Shown here piece by piece: positions 30,795-42,204 of a stretch of DNA of 64,000 nt. The DNA lies in contig CAYMBY010000042.1 in the NCBI GenBank assembly GCA_964388815.1, forward strand, positions 7-64,006, written 5' to 3'. Every line of letters starts with the position of its first letter. Position 1 is the stretch's first letter. Source of the stretch: an uncultured Butyrivibrio sp. GTDB lineage: Bacteria > Bacillota > Clostridia > Lachnospirales > Lachnospiraceae. A program made the position numbers and the translations under genes. The notes under the pieces were generated by a model, which had not been told where the DNA came from, made no database searches, and worked only from the letters and a program-made list of their open reading frames with translations.

Positions 30795-31760
30795 TCAGCC
30801 TGCGCCCGTCAGCAGCATCACAAGTGTGATGGTCACAGGTGACAGAAGCGTTGTCACAATGATCCCCTTTGAAAAGAGTTCATCCTTAAGTCCGAATTCT
30901 CTTGAAACAATCATCGGAAGGTTACCTGCAGGTACTGCCAGAAGAAGTGCTGTCACTTCCATCAGCATACGGTCGCTGATCAGCGGGCGCAGCACCAGAA
31001 TCAGTACCACCGGCATGACCACCATCCTGAGTGCAGTAAACAGATAAATCCGCAGATCCGTAAAAATACTGCGAAGCGGCATGGCTGCCACAGATGCACC
31101 CAGTACCAGCATGGACAGAAACGTTGTCGCATTTCCCGCATAACGAAGGGTATCCGAAACAACACCCGGTATCTTCGGATTCAGCAGGTAGACAGCAATC
31201 GTAAGTACTGCAGAGACGGTTCCGATATTCACAATTTTTTTCATAAAATCAGGCAGGGAAACATGCGATTCAGAGGCTTTCCCGCCTGATTTTTCCTGTT
31301 CCGCTCTTTTACTGAGTACCATGATCCCGCTGGTATAGAAGAAAACATTATAAACGAGATTATTCATGGAAACGTAAATCAGTGAATCATTTCCAAGAAC
31401 GGCAAGTGCCAGCGGAATGCCGATAAAGCCGACATTCCCGTAAACCGTCATCATCTGATAGGCATAGTGATCCCTGCGTTCTGCATGCAAAAGAAACGGA
31501 ATCATTGCACCGATCAGATATGCTGCGCCATAGCAGCAGGTAAACAGCAAAATCCCCTGCAGCACCTTACCTGCAGGCACCCTGTCCGCAGCAGAAAATG
31601 CGGAGCTTAAAAGGAGTGCCGGATTCGTTACATTGATAATCAGTGCGGAGATCTGCTGCACGGTCAGGTCTTTGAGCTGTCCTTTTCTGTATAAAACCAT
31701 GCCGATCAGAATCAGCAGACAGATAACGATCATCTGTTCAATTACGGTCAGGATACTCAT
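30795..31760 (-). CDS. AEC (auxin efflux carrier) family transporter
   Basis: About 10 TM helices, 'GNVGFIGIPL', 'LSMLVLG'. Confidence 0.85.
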   Translation of the reverse strand: MSILTVIEQMIVICLLILIGMVLYRKGQLKDLTVQQISALIINVTNPALLLSSAFSAADRVPAGKVLQGILLFTCCYGAAYLIGAMIPFLLHAERRDHYAYQMMTVYGNVGFIGIPLALAVLGNDSLIYVSMNNLVYNVFFYTSGIMVLSKRAEQEKSGGKASESHVSLPDFMKKIVNIGTVSAVLTIAVYLLNPKIPGVVSDTLRYAGNATTFLSMLVLGASVAAMPLRSIFTDLRIYLFTALRMVVMPVVLILVLRPLISDRMLMEVTALLLAVPAGNLPMIVSREFGLKDELFSKGIIVTTLLSPVTITLVMLLTGAG

Positions 31761-31761
31761 C

Positions 31762-32985
31762 TTATGCTTTTACCTTTTTAAAGGATTTCTTTCCTTTTCT
31801 GACCATCACGCCATCGCCTTCAAATTCAGACTTATCATAGCTTGCGGTAAAGTCAGCCACCTTTTCATCACGAAGGGTTACACCGCCCTGCTGGACTGCT
31901 CTTCTTGCTTCGCTTCTGGAAGGTACAAGGCCTGCAGCAACAAGTACCTGCAGAATATCAATCTTTCCGTCCCTGAAATCTTCCTCTTTCAGCGTAACTG
32001 TCGGTACATTGGCATCATCACCGCCGCCTGCAAAAAGTGCCTTTGCACCGGCCTGTGCCTTCTTTGCTTCCTCATCGCCATGAACCAGTGCAGTCAGTTC
32101 ATAAGCAAGAATTTCTTTTGCTTCATTGATCCTGCTGTCTTCCCATCTGCTCATTTCCTCGATCTGTTCAAGCGGCAGGAATGTCAGCATACGCAGGCAC
32201 TTCTCCACATCGGCATCGGCAACGTTTCTCCAGTACTGGTAGAATTCAAACGGGGAAGTCTTGTCCGGATCCAGCCATACAGCACCCTTCTGTGTCTTAC
32301 CCATCTTCTTGCCTTCAGAGTTAAGAAGAAGTGTAATGGTCATGGCATAAGCATCCTTACCCAGCTTCTTGCGGATCAGCTCTGTACCGCCCAGCATATT
32401 GCTCCACTGGTCATCTCCGCCGAATTCCATATTGCAGCCGTATTTCTGGTATAACATCATGAAATCGTAACTCTGCATCAGCATGTAATTGAATTCCAGA
32501 AAGCTCAGTCCTTTTTCCAGACGCTGCTTGTAGCATTCTGCCGCCAGCATCTTGTTGACGCTGAACTGTGAACCGATGTCGCGGATGAATTCAATGTAGT
32601 TCAGATCCATCAGCCAGTCTGCATTATTGACCATCATTGCCTTACCGTCAGAGAAATCGATGAATCTGCTCATCTGCTTCTTGAAGCAGTCACAGTTATG
32701 CTGGATGGTTTCTTTTGTCATCATGCTTCTCATATCGGTACGTCCGGACGGATCTCCGATCATTGCGGTACCGCCGCCGATCAGTGCAATCGGCTTGTTT
32801 CCTGCCTGCTGCAGGCGTTTCATCAGGCAAAGTGCCATGAAATGTCCGACATGCAGAGAATCCGCTGTAGGGTCAAACCCGATATAGAAAGTTGCCTTTC
32901 CGTTGTTTACAAGATCCCTGATCTCTTCCTCATCTGTCAGCTGTGCAAGAAGTCCTCTTGCCTTAAGTTCATCAAATACTGTCAT
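31762..32985 (-). CDS. tyrS: tyrosine--tRNA ligase
   Basis: [25 protein letters not shown]-terminal S4 domain; Tyr T-box upstream. Confidence 0.97.
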   Translation of the reverse strand: MTVFDELKARGLLAQLTDEEEIRDLVNNGKATFYIGFDPTADSLHVGHFMALCLMKRLQQAGNKPIALIGGGTAMIGDPSGRTDMRSMMTKETIQHNCDCFKKQMSRFIDFSDGKAMMVNNADWLMDLNYIEFIRDIGSQFSVNKMLAAECYKQRLEKGLSFLEFNYMLMQSYDFMMLYQKYGCNMEFGGDDQWSNMLGGTELIRKKLGKDAYAMTITLLLNSEGKKMGKTQKGAVWLDPDKTSPFEFYQYWRNVADADVEKCLRMLTFLPLEQIEEMSRWEDSRINEAKEILAYELTALVHGDEEAKKAQAGAKALFAGGGDDANVPTVTLKEEDFRDGKIDILQVLVAAGLVPSRSEARRAVQQGGVTLRDEKVADFTASYDKSEFEGDGVMVRKGKKSFKKVKA

Positions 32986-33046
32986 TTTTTCCTTTTCCTT
33001 TCTGCGTTGTCTGTTCTTTCAGGGCATGCATTTTTTTACGATATAC

Positions 33047-33336
33047 GCAAAAATCCCGCCCTGTGCATCTGTCTGCAAAGGACGGGATAAAATATTCATC
33101 TCGTGTTACCACCTTTATTCGTATATGATTCACACCATATACCTCTGTAAGTACAGCCCTGCGGCGATACTTATCTGCTGTAACGGGCACGCCCGGCGGA
33201 ACCTACTGCACTGCACACGCAGCGTTTCAGTCTGCAGCTCACGGATGTATTCGGATCTGATCTCCCGCATGCGCCTCTCACCAGCCGGCCGCTCTCTGTT
33301 ACGATCTTTCAGATTCTACTTGTTCCGATCAAAGCA
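33047..33336 (-). ncRNA. T-box riboswitch (Tyr specifier UAC) with terminator
   Basis: Minus strand: AGTAG, AGAGAGC, GCTGGTGAGA, GAA-TAC specifier (33247-33249), T-box AAGGTGGTAACACG (33102-33115), terminator ATCCCGTCC...GGGCGGGATTTTT. Confidence 0.92.
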
Positions 33337-33375
33337 TTTAACATAAATGCATTATAAAAAGAAGCTGCATTTTTG

Positions 33376-33972
33376 TCAACCGTTTTCGCCTGACCGGAAC
33401 AGCGGCCGGATGGAACGGTCTGCTGCTTTGAGTACTGCATAGCAGATGATGGTATCAATCGGCAGCATGATCAGATTGGTCAGAATTCTTTCCGGCAGAA
33501 TAACGAGAATCGCTTTCTGATAAAGCATGTTCAGCCAGAGTGTATTGCACCCGATATTGACCAGAAGCTTTACAAGAAACTGTGCCAGGAGCACTCTCCA
33601 TACCGTCACCGTTTTCTTATAAAGAACGGTTCCATAGATCAGTCCGCCCAGAATGGCACTGATGGTAAATCCGGGAAAAAATGTTCCGTCCGGGCGAAGC
33701 ATGAATTTGATGATATCCAGGACGCCCCCGAAGATTCCGGCAATTGCCGGGCCGAACAGATAGGCAACCACCTGATTTGGAATTCCGGAGATTCCGATCT
33801 TGATGAAGTCTCCGATTCTGATGGTCGCAACATAGTTCAGTATGACGCCGAATGCACACATCATACCACAGAAAATGACAACTCTCAGACTTTTGAATTC
33901 GTTCAGTGAACTTACCCAAAGGTTTGTGTGTAATGTCCCGTTTTCTGCATCTGCTGTTGTTGTCTGTGACAT
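33376..33972 (-). CDS. folT: folate ECF transporter S component
   Basis: Hydrophobic, 'LFGPAIAG..G..DII..P.G.FFPGFT'; THF riboswitch upstream. Confidence 0.88.
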   Translation of the reverse strand: MSQTTTADAENGTLHTNLWVSSLNEFKSLRVVIFCGMMCAFGVILNYVATIRIGDFIKIGISGIPNQVVAYLFGPAIAGIFGGVLDIIKFMLRPDGTFFPGFTISAILGGLIYGTVLYKKTVTVWRVLLAQFLVKLLVNIGCNTLWLNMLYQKAILVILPERILTNLIMLPIDTIICYAVLKAADRSIRPLFRSGENG

Positions 33973-34046
33973 AAAAGCACCTCCTTTGCAGTAGTTCCCT
34001 TTACTACAGCATAAGGAGGTGCTCGTCAGCATCATCATTATAATGT

Positions 34047-34153
34047 AGCAGCGGGATGCGAATCCGGTACCGCAAGTCCAATAAATGGATCTTTTCGTCC
34101 GACTGACAACTCCCTGTTCAGCCGGCACTTCACGCACCGATTTCTACTCTGCT
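34047..34153 (-). ncRNA. THF (tetrahydrofolate) riboswitch aptamer
   Basis: Minus strand GCAGAGTAG...TGCGTGAAGTG...GGGAGTTG...ACGAAAAG...TTGCGG...CGCATCCCGCTGC fits the THF-I consensus; lies upstream of folT. Confidence 0.9.
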
Positions 34154-34229
34154 TCTTTAATTTTTTTAAACTGCATCTGCAGTTCTTTACACATTGTAGC
34201 ATCTGTCTGTCAGATTGCAACAGAAATTT

Positions 34230-35714
34230 TTAACGATTATATTTTTCCAGCGCACCTGCCGTATCCAGAATATCCTGCAGAAGCTTTCTGACTGTATTTG
34301 CATTCTCCAGATTTCTGGCACTGATTTCAGCTGCCTGTTCAGAATTGGCAGTTGTTTCCTGACTTGTGGCAGAAAGCTGACTGATATTGTCTACAAAGGT
34401 ACGGTTGACCTCTTCCAGTTTTGAAATCATACTGCTGATTTCACGGATTCCGTCAGACAGATTTGAAAAGCTCTTGCTGATCTCATGGAAATCCTGACTT
34501 GTGGATTCAATCAGCTCATTCTGCCGTCCCACAGATTCCAGAGAACTTCTTACCGTATCTGCGGCATCATTCGCCTTTGCAGAAAGGTCATCAATGATGA
34601 CACGGATATCTTCCGTGGAATTCTTGGTTTCTTCCGCCAGTGTCCGGATCTGTCCTGATACAACTGCAAAGCCTTTCCCGGCTTCGCCTGCCCTTGCACT
34701 TTCAATGGAAGCGTTCAGTGACAGCAGATTGGTCTGTTTGGAAATACTGCTGATGGTCGCAATAATGCCTTCCATTTCCTTCATCTTATCCTGCAGCTGT
34801 TCCATGGTACTCATAACGGTTCCGTTGGTCCGGTTGATACTTTCCGCCTGCTGTTTGAGTTCTGTGACTCTTGCAAGTGCCGTATCTACAGTCTTCATGG
34901 AATCCTCGGCAACCTTTACAATTTCATCTGAACGTTCCACGGTATCCGTGATCGCATTCTGCAGATTATTGGTCATGCTGGTCTGTTCCTGAATGTTCTC
35001 CGCTGTATTTCTGGTTCCTGCCGTGATTTCCTCTACTGCAGAATTTACCGTCTGTGTGGAATCCTTCAGATCATTGACCAGTGTTCCTGCCTGACTGGTT
35101 CCCTTCTGTACATGATCCGCAATCTGCATGACATCCTTCAGAATTTCCTTCTGTGCATGCTCTTCATTCCGGATGGCCTCCATGGAAGCACTCTGGAAAC
35201 GGTCTGCCAGGTTGAACATCACGTAGGTAACGATGGCAAATGCAACAGCCAGCATCATTGCCGTATAATTTTCAAGTGAAAGTGTTTTACCGAGTGCCAT
35301 ATCATAGATCAGCTTGATGATATTGATCAGTGCTGCCAGTACTGCCTGCATCAGGCAGTACCTTTTGTCGAAATACAGAATTCCGATGATCATGATGGGA
35401 AAAATGTAGGTATTGGAATAAATCATATTTGCCGGCATCAGAACAATGGAATAGGCTATAAAAACCATAATAAAGATAAAATAGCGACTGATCTGTGCAG
35501 ATCTGCTTCTCGAATTCAGATAGATTCCGCCGCCCCAGGTAATCAGGCAGGTCACCATATAGGCATAAATATAGGTCCCGTGGCTGCTGATGAGCATTCC
35601 GGCCAGAAGAACAGCTGTCAGAACAATGACAACGGTCAGCAGAATCCGGTTTACCAGCGCTGTCTGCACATCTTTATCCTTTAATTTTGTAATATCTGTA
35701 TTTCTTTCTTCCAT
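34230..35714 (-). CDS. methyl-accepting chemotaxis protein (multi-TM N-terminus)
   Basis: [26 protein letters not shown]; 5-6 TM helices; GGAGG RBS before MEERN. Confidence 0.9.
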   Translation of the reverse strand: MEERNTDITKLKDKDVQTALVNRILLTVVIVLTAVLLAGMLISSHGTYIYAYMVTCLITWGGGIYLNSRSRSAQISRYFIFIMVFIAYSIVLMPANMIYSNTYIFPIMIIGILYFDKRYCLMQAVLAALINIIKLIYDMALGKTLSLENYTAMMLAVAFAIVTYVMFNLADRFQSASMEAIRNEEHAQKEILKDVMQIADHVQKGTSQAGTLVNDLKDSTQTVNSAVEEITAGTRNTAENIQEQTSMTNNLQNAITDTVERSDEIVKVAEDSMKTVDTALARVTELKQQAESINRTNGTVMSTMEQLQDKMKEMEGIIATISSISKQTNLLSLNASIESARAGEAGKGFAVVSGQIRTLAEETKNSTEDIRVIIDDLSAKANDAADTVRSSLESVGRQNELIESTSQDFHEISKSFSNLSDGIREISSMISKLEEVNRTFVDNISQLSATSQETTANSEQAAEISARNLENANTVRKLLQDILDTAGALEKYNR

Positions 35715-35813
35715 AGTGAATTCCTCCGCTGCAGAACGATGTATTTTTATTAATTGTATTACAGACATCACAAATTATCAAAGGAAATAAATCATTGATC
35801 AGATGATCAGTAT

Positions 35814-37133
<1,320 letters not shown>

Positions 37134-37339
37134 TTATGTTCCTTACCGTTTCTATTATATTCCGAACTGCCCTCTGATCTGTACCATAAGTTACAATGTA
37201 ATAATGAACAAATTTCCCGCGTTCTTTTTGTTCAGCTTATCAATTTATTTTTCCGGCAAATAATGCTACGATTTTTCATACAGGAAACTAAAATGTCAAA
37301 TATAGTTTCTATGACATGAGTTAAATTATGGGAGGTTCT

Positions 37340-38707
37340 ATGAAATCTTTAACAAAAAGCAAAATCTGGTTTTTTGCAATCGGTCAGTTTGGCTGGAGTC
37401 TTCTGTCCGGAATAATTTCAAACTGGATGGTATACATTTATCAGCCTGATGCGGCCGGCTCCACATTCTTTATTCCGCAGACCAGGGTAGTCTTTGGCAT
37501 ATTCACCATCATCGGCGGCATAACTGCCTTCGGACGTATTTTTGACGCCATCACAGATCCGTGGATCGCATCGTTGTCTGACCGCTGCAAATCCAAAAGC
37601 GGAAGACGTATTCCGTTTCTGAAATGGGCATCTGTTCCCCTTGCTGCCAGCACAGTACTTGTCTTCTGCGCACCGGTCAGCGGAATCTCCTGGATCAATA
37701 CCGTGTGGCTTCTGGTATTTATCGCCTGCTATTACCTGGCAATCACAGCGTACTGCACACCTTACAATGCGCTGATTTCTGAACTCGGACATACACAGCA
37801 GGATCGTCTTGCCATTTCCACTGCGATCTCCTTTACCTTCATTGTCGGCACTGCAATCTCCATGCAGGCAGCAAGTGTATGGGGTATCTTCATCAGTAAC
37901 GGAATGGCCAGAATGACTGCAATCCGCCTGACGTTTGTTATTTTCGCCGTCATCGCACTGATCTGTCTGCTGGTTCCGCCGCTGACCATCAAAGAAAAAG
38001 ATTATGTTACCACAAAGCCTTCTGAGGCAGGCGCAGGTGCCTCCCTGGTGAAAACCTTCAGAAACCCGGATTTCCGTGTCTTTGTCGCTTCAGATATTCT
38101 CTATTTCGTTGCTCTGACCATGTTCCAGACCGGACTGACCTTCTTCGTGACTTCGCTCCTCGGACTGGATGAAAGCGTAGCCGGAACCCTGTTCGTTCTG
38201 ATGACCGCGCTTTCACTTTTGTTCTACATTCCGATCAATAAGCTCGTTCCGAAATTCGGCAAAAAGAAACTGGTACGTTTTGCATTTCTGCTCTTTTCCC
38301 TGGTTTACCTGTACACTGCATTCCTTGGAAAAAATCTACCGATTCCGCCAATGGTTCAGGGCTATATTCTTGTTCTTCTGGCATCCCTGCCAATGGCAAT
38401 TTTCGGAATTCTGCCGCAGGCAATGGTTGCTGATGTGGCAGAGGCTGATGCAAAGACAACCGGTGAAAACCGTGAAGGAATGTTTTTCGCCGCACGTACC
38501 TTTGCATTCAAACTCGGTCAGAGTGCATCCATGCTGATCTTCACGTCTCTTGCCACCATCGGCAGAGACCCGGTAACCAATGTTTCCGATGGCTCCGGCT
38601 ATCGTATCGTTGCCATTACTGCATTTGTTCTGTGCGCATGCGGCGGTGTGATTCTGAAATTCTTCAATGAGAAACGGATCAATACCATCCTGGGCAGTAA
38701 AAACTGA
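37340..38707 (+). CDS. MFS/GPH-family sugar:cation symporter
   Basis: 'RIFDAITDP...SDR...GRRIPFL', 'REGMFFA'; about 12 TM; GGAGG RBS. Confidence 0.88.
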   Translation: MKSLTKSKIWFFAIGQFGWSLLSGIISNWMVYIYQPDAAGSTFFIPQTRVVFGIFTIIGGITAFGRIFDAITDPWIASLSDRCKSKSGRRIPFLKWASVPLAASTVLVFCAPVSGISWINTVWLLVFIACYYLAITAYCTPYNALISELGHTQQDRLAISTAISFTFIVGTAISMQAASVWGIFISNGMARMTAIRLTFVIFAVIALICLLVPPLTIKEKDYVTTKPSEAGAGASLVKTFRNPDFRVFVASDILYFVALTMFQTGLTFFVTSLLGLDESVAGTLFVLMTALSLLFYIPINKLVPKFGKKKLVRFAFLLFSLVYLYTAFLGKNLPIPPMVQGYILVLLASLPMAIFGILPQAMVADVAEADAKTTGENREGMFFAARTFAFKLGQSASMLIFTSLATIGRDPVTNVSDGSGYRIVAITAFVLCACGGVILKFFNEKRINTILGSKN

Positions 38708-38733
38708 GCTTATCTGTTCTTTCTGTTGATGAC

Positions 38734-38776
38734 AAAAAAACGGCACGACCGGGTTAATCCCGGCCATGCCGTTTTT
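38734..38776. terminator. bidirectional terminator between the MFS gene and gpsA
   Basis: A7-CGGCACGACCGGG...CCCGGCCATGCCG-T5 between convergent genes. Confidence 0.75.
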
Positions 38777-38786
38777 GCATCTGTAT

Positions 38787-39800
38787 TCAATTCCAATCCT
38801 GATTATGTATTTCGATCTTCTTATCCCGCAGCATCAGATCTCCTACTGCATCCGCTGCAGATTTTCCGTTAAAAAGTACTTCATTGATCTGCTCTACAAT
38901 CGGCATGTCGACATCATATTTATGTGCAAGTATCAGTGCCGCCTTTGCAGAATAAACGCCTTCAACGGTCATTTTTACTTCTTTCATGGCTTCTTCCATA
39001 CTGTAGCCCTGTCCGATCAGGATACCTGCGCGTCTGTTTCTGGAATGCATGGACGCACATGTTACAATCAGATCGCCGATTCCGCTCAGTCCGCAGAAGG
39101 TTTCAAATTTACCGCCCATGGCAACGCCGAGACGTGTAATTTCCGCAATTCCTCTGGTAATCAGTGCAGCCTTTGTATTATCGCCATAACCAAGGCCATC
39201 TGCAATTCCGGCTGCAAGCGCAACGACATTTTTAAGTGCAGCACCGATCTCGATTCCCTTCATATCCGGGCTGATATAGACTCTGAATACCTCACACATG
39301 AATACATTCTGCAGGTATTCCGCTGTTTCACGCTTCCTTGCGCCGACAACAATGGTAGTCGGCATTCCACGTCCCACTTCCTCCGCATGTGAAGGTCCGG
39401 ACAGCACTGCAACGTCTGCTTCAGGGAGAACATCACGAATAACATCTGACATTACCATCAGTGTACTTTCTTCAATGCCCTTTGCACAGTTGACAATGAT
39501 CTGACCTTTCTGAAGATATGGCTTCATCATTTCCGATGTACTGCGGATATGGGCGGAAGGAACCACCAGAACAAGTATTTTCCGGTCTTTCATGACTTCC
39601 TGCATATCCGATGTAAATATTACATTTTCATTTAAGATTACGCCCGGCAGCTTATCTTTGTTTTCGTGATCCCGGTTAAACTGAGCCGCCTTCTCAGGCG
39701 TTCTGCTCCACACCGTTACGTCATGTCCATTTGAGGAAAGCAGGTATGCAAGTGCAATGCCCCAGCTTCCGGCTCCAATCACACCGACTTTTTCTTTCAA
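38787..39800 (-). CDS. gpsA: NAD(P)H-dependent glycerol-3-phosphate dehydrogenase
   Basis: GAGSWG, AKGIE, SGPSHAEE, GIGDLIVTC..SRN; in the der-plsY-gpsA operon. Confidence 0.96.
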   Translation of the reverse strand: MKEKVGVIGAGSWGIALAYLLSSNGHDVTVWSRTPEKAAQFNRDHENKDKLPGVILNENVIFTSDMQEVMKDRKILVLVVPSAHIRSTSEMMKPYLQKGQIIVNCAKGIEESTLMVMSDVIRDVLPEADVAVLSGPSHAEEVGRGMPTTIVVGARKRETAEYLQNVFMCEVFRVYISPDMKGIEIGAALKNVVALAAGIADGLGYGDNTKAALITRGIAEITRLGVAMGGKFETFCGLSGIGDLIVTCASMHSRNRRAGILIGQGYSMEEAMKEVKMTVEGVYSAKAALILAHKYDVDMPIVEQINEVLFNGKSAADAVGDLMLRDKKIEIHNQDWN

Positions 39801-39820
39801 TTCATGCCTCCGTGCTTTTT

Positions 39821-40471
39821 TCAGTTCGTATTGTTCTTTTTAAAAATATATGTTTTTCTTTCCGTATGCTTTGCAAGCTTTACAATATTGGCACGATGCT
39901 GCCAGAAGGCAAGCGCTGCCATGATGACTGCAATCAGATACATTTCAATCAGATGTCCCTGACTCATTCCGAAAACGCCATTCTGACCCTCAATAACCAG
40001 TTCGATCAGAAATCCTACATAGATCATTAATGACCCGAGGGAAACATAATGCGTGGTAAAAAAGGGTACCATGAACATTGTCAGAAACATCGGAATAAAT
40101 GACCAGTGAAACGCAATCAGCAGTCCGCTGGTGGTTGCAATACCCTTTCCCCCTTTAAAATTCAGATAAAACGGAAAATCATGACCGATAACAGCACCAA
40201 GCGCAGTATAGATTTTCAGCAGATAAATGATATCCGGATGACTCTTTCCGAAAAGAAATGTGGTAAAGAGAACTGCCAGAATACATTTAATCATATCCCC
40301 AAGCAGAACAATAATTCCCGCTTTGGGCCCAAGCACCCGAAGCGTATTGGTTGTTCCCGCATTACCGCTTCCGTATTTTCTGATATCAATGCCCTTGATC
40401 TTTCCATAAATATATGCTGTCTGGAACAATCCGAATGCATATCCGATTAATATGCAGACAATCCTGATCAT
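39821..40471 (-). CDS. plsY: glycerol-3-phosphate acyltransferase PlsY
   Basis: GSGNAGTTN, GHDFP, FKGGKGIAT, HRANI. Confidence 0.95.
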   Translation of the reverse strand: MIRIVCILIGYAFGLFQTAYIYGKIKGIDIRKYGSGNAGTTNTLRVLGPKAGIIVLLGDMIKCILAVLFTTFLFGKSHPDIIYLLKIYTALGAVIGHDFPFYLNFKGGKGIATTSGLLIAFHWSFIPMFLTMFMVPFFTTHYVSLGSLMIYVGFLIELVIEGQNGVFGMSQGHLIEMYLIAVIMAALAFWQHRANIVKLAKHTERKTYIFKKNNTN

Positions 40472-40504
40472 TTTAAACCTTCCTTTCATACTTCCAAATA
40501 CAGA

Positions 40505-41839
40505 TTAATCCTGTTCGTTTTCTCCGCGTTCACGAACAATGAACCTTAACGGAGTACCCTTAAATCCAAAGGCCTCGCGGATCTGATTCTCAATATATCT
40601 TGTATAGGAGAAATGCATCAGCTTTTTATCATTGACAAAAATAACAAAAGTCGGAGGTTTTACCGCAACCTGCGTAATATAAAAGACCTTCAGCATTCTG
40701 CCCTTGTCCGACGGCGGCTGCTGCATGACAAGTGCCTGTGTCAGAATTTCATTAAGGACACCGGTAGCCACGCGCATTGCATGATTCTCACTGACCACAT
40801 CAATCAGATCATACAGTTTGGTCAGACGCTGTCCGGTCTGCGCGGAAACAAAAAGGATCTCTGCATATGGCATGAAGGACAGTGTCTGTCTGACCTTCTT
40901 TGTAAAGTCGCCGACACTCTTATTGTCTTTTTCAATCAGGTCCCACTTGTTTACGGCAATAATAACTGCTTTACCGCGCTCATGGGCGATTCCTGCGATC
41001 TTTGCATCCTGTTCGGTAACGCCTTCCTCTGCATTGATCACCACAATGGCAACATCTGCACGTTCTACCGCAGTAACGGTACGAAGAATCATGAATTCTT
41101 CAAGTTCTTCCTTGATCTTGTTCTTCCTGCGAAGACCTGCCGTATCAATAAAGGTATATTTCCTGCCATGATAAACAACCTCTGTATCAATTGCGTCACG
41201 GGTGGTACCTGCAACATCGGATACAATAAGACGGTTTTCCCCGATCAGTTTGTTAATGATGGATGATTTACCAACATTCGGTTTACCGATAATAGCAACC
41301 TTCAGTGAATCATCATCTTCTTCCACTTCCGGAAGATCCTTGAAATGCGATACGATTTCTTCAAGCAGATCGCCGATTCCCATCTGATTGGCTGCACTGA
41401 TCGGATGCGGATCGCCGATTCCCAGATTATAGAATTCATAAACATCCAGCATGTCACGGCCGAAATTGTCTACCTTGTTGACAGTCAGAATTACAGGTTT
41501 TCCTGAACGTCTGAGCATATCTGCAACCTTGGCATCCGCATCCGTAACACCCTGTTTGGCGTCCACCATAAACAGGATCACATCTGCCGTATCAATGGCA
41601 ATCTGTGCCTGCTCTCTCATCTGAGACAGAATCACATCTCTGGAATCCGGCTCGATACCGCCTGTATCCACCAGTGTGAAAGTATGATTAAGCCATTCCA
41701 CGTCACGATAAAGCCGGTCTCTTGTCACACCGGGCGTATCCTTTACAATGGAAATATTTTTACCGGCAAGCGCGTTAAACAGTGTGGATTTGCCGACATT
41801 TGGTCTTCCTACTACTGCTACAATATTTTTTCTTTTCAT
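40505..41839 (-). CDS. der: ribosome biogenesis GTPase Der/EngA
   Basis: Two GTPase domains (GRPNVGKS, GKPNVGKS; DTGG, DTAG) and a KH-like C-terminus. Confidence 0.97.
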   Translation of the reverse strand: MKRKNIVAVVGRPNVGKSTLFNALAGKNISIVKDTPGVTRDRLYRDVEWLNHTFTLVDTGGIEPDSRDVILSQMREQAQIAIDTADVILFMVDAKQGVTDADAKVADMLRRSGKPVILTVNKVDNFGRDMLDVYEFYNLGIGDPHPISAANQMGIGDLLEEIVSHFKDLPEVEEDDDSLKVAIIGKPNVGKSSIINKLIGENRLIVSDVAGTTRDAIDTEVVYHGRKYTFIDTAGLRRKNKIKEELEEFMILRTVTAVERADVAIVVINAEEGVTEQDAKIAGIAHERGKAVIIAVNKWDLIEKDNKSVGDFTKKVRQTLSFMPYAEILFVSAQTGQRLTKLYDLIDVVSENHAMRVATGVLNEILTQALVMQQPPSDKGRMLKVFYITQVAVKPPTFVIFVNDKKLMHFSYTRYIENQIREAFGFKGTPLRFIVRERGENEQD

Positions 41840-41970
41840 TTTACCACCAATACTGTTTCTGAAATAAAGCTGTCTGTAAGACAGCAGCTGCATGTACGAA
41901 ATTCCTGTCCAAAACCAGACAGGATGACATTATAACATAAAACTTAAAAAAATTCATTCATTAATTCTCA

Positions 41971-42049
41971 TACAGAGGTTGCGCAGCAATTCCTACACAT
42001 TTTCTATACAGAGGTTGCGCAGCAGTTCCTGCTCATTTTCTGTACAGAG
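41971..42049. repeat. 36-bp tandem repeat (2 full units + partial third)
   Basis: TACAGAGGTTGCGCAGCAATTCC... at 41971, TACAGAGGTTGCGCAGCAGTTCC... at 42007, TACAGAG at 42043. Confidence 0.85.
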
Positions 42050-42064
42050 ATTCTCTATTAATTA

Positions 42065-42119
42065 CGGAACCCGCGAAGCGGGCTCCGTTAAATAGAGGTG
42101 CTATTGCACCTCTATTTAA
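42065..42119 (-). repeat. double-hairpin dispersed element (related copies at 114-168, 16141-16194, 43481-43530, partial 8275-8294)
   Basis: CGGAACCCGC-GAA-GCGGGCTCCG abutting TTAAATAGAGGTGC-TATT-GCACCTCTATTTAA. Confidence 0.75.
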
Positions 42120-42204
42120 TGATACCATGAAATTCCTTGACGTGTCACTAGCAGGATGATAAAACAAAGAGGTAAAAACAATTCATCACAGATTGGAGTA
42201 TATC

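Noticed and set aside
41971..42049. Possible mini CRISPR array (36-bp period)
   Set aside because: Units are contiguous with no unique spacers, and no cas genes are in the window.
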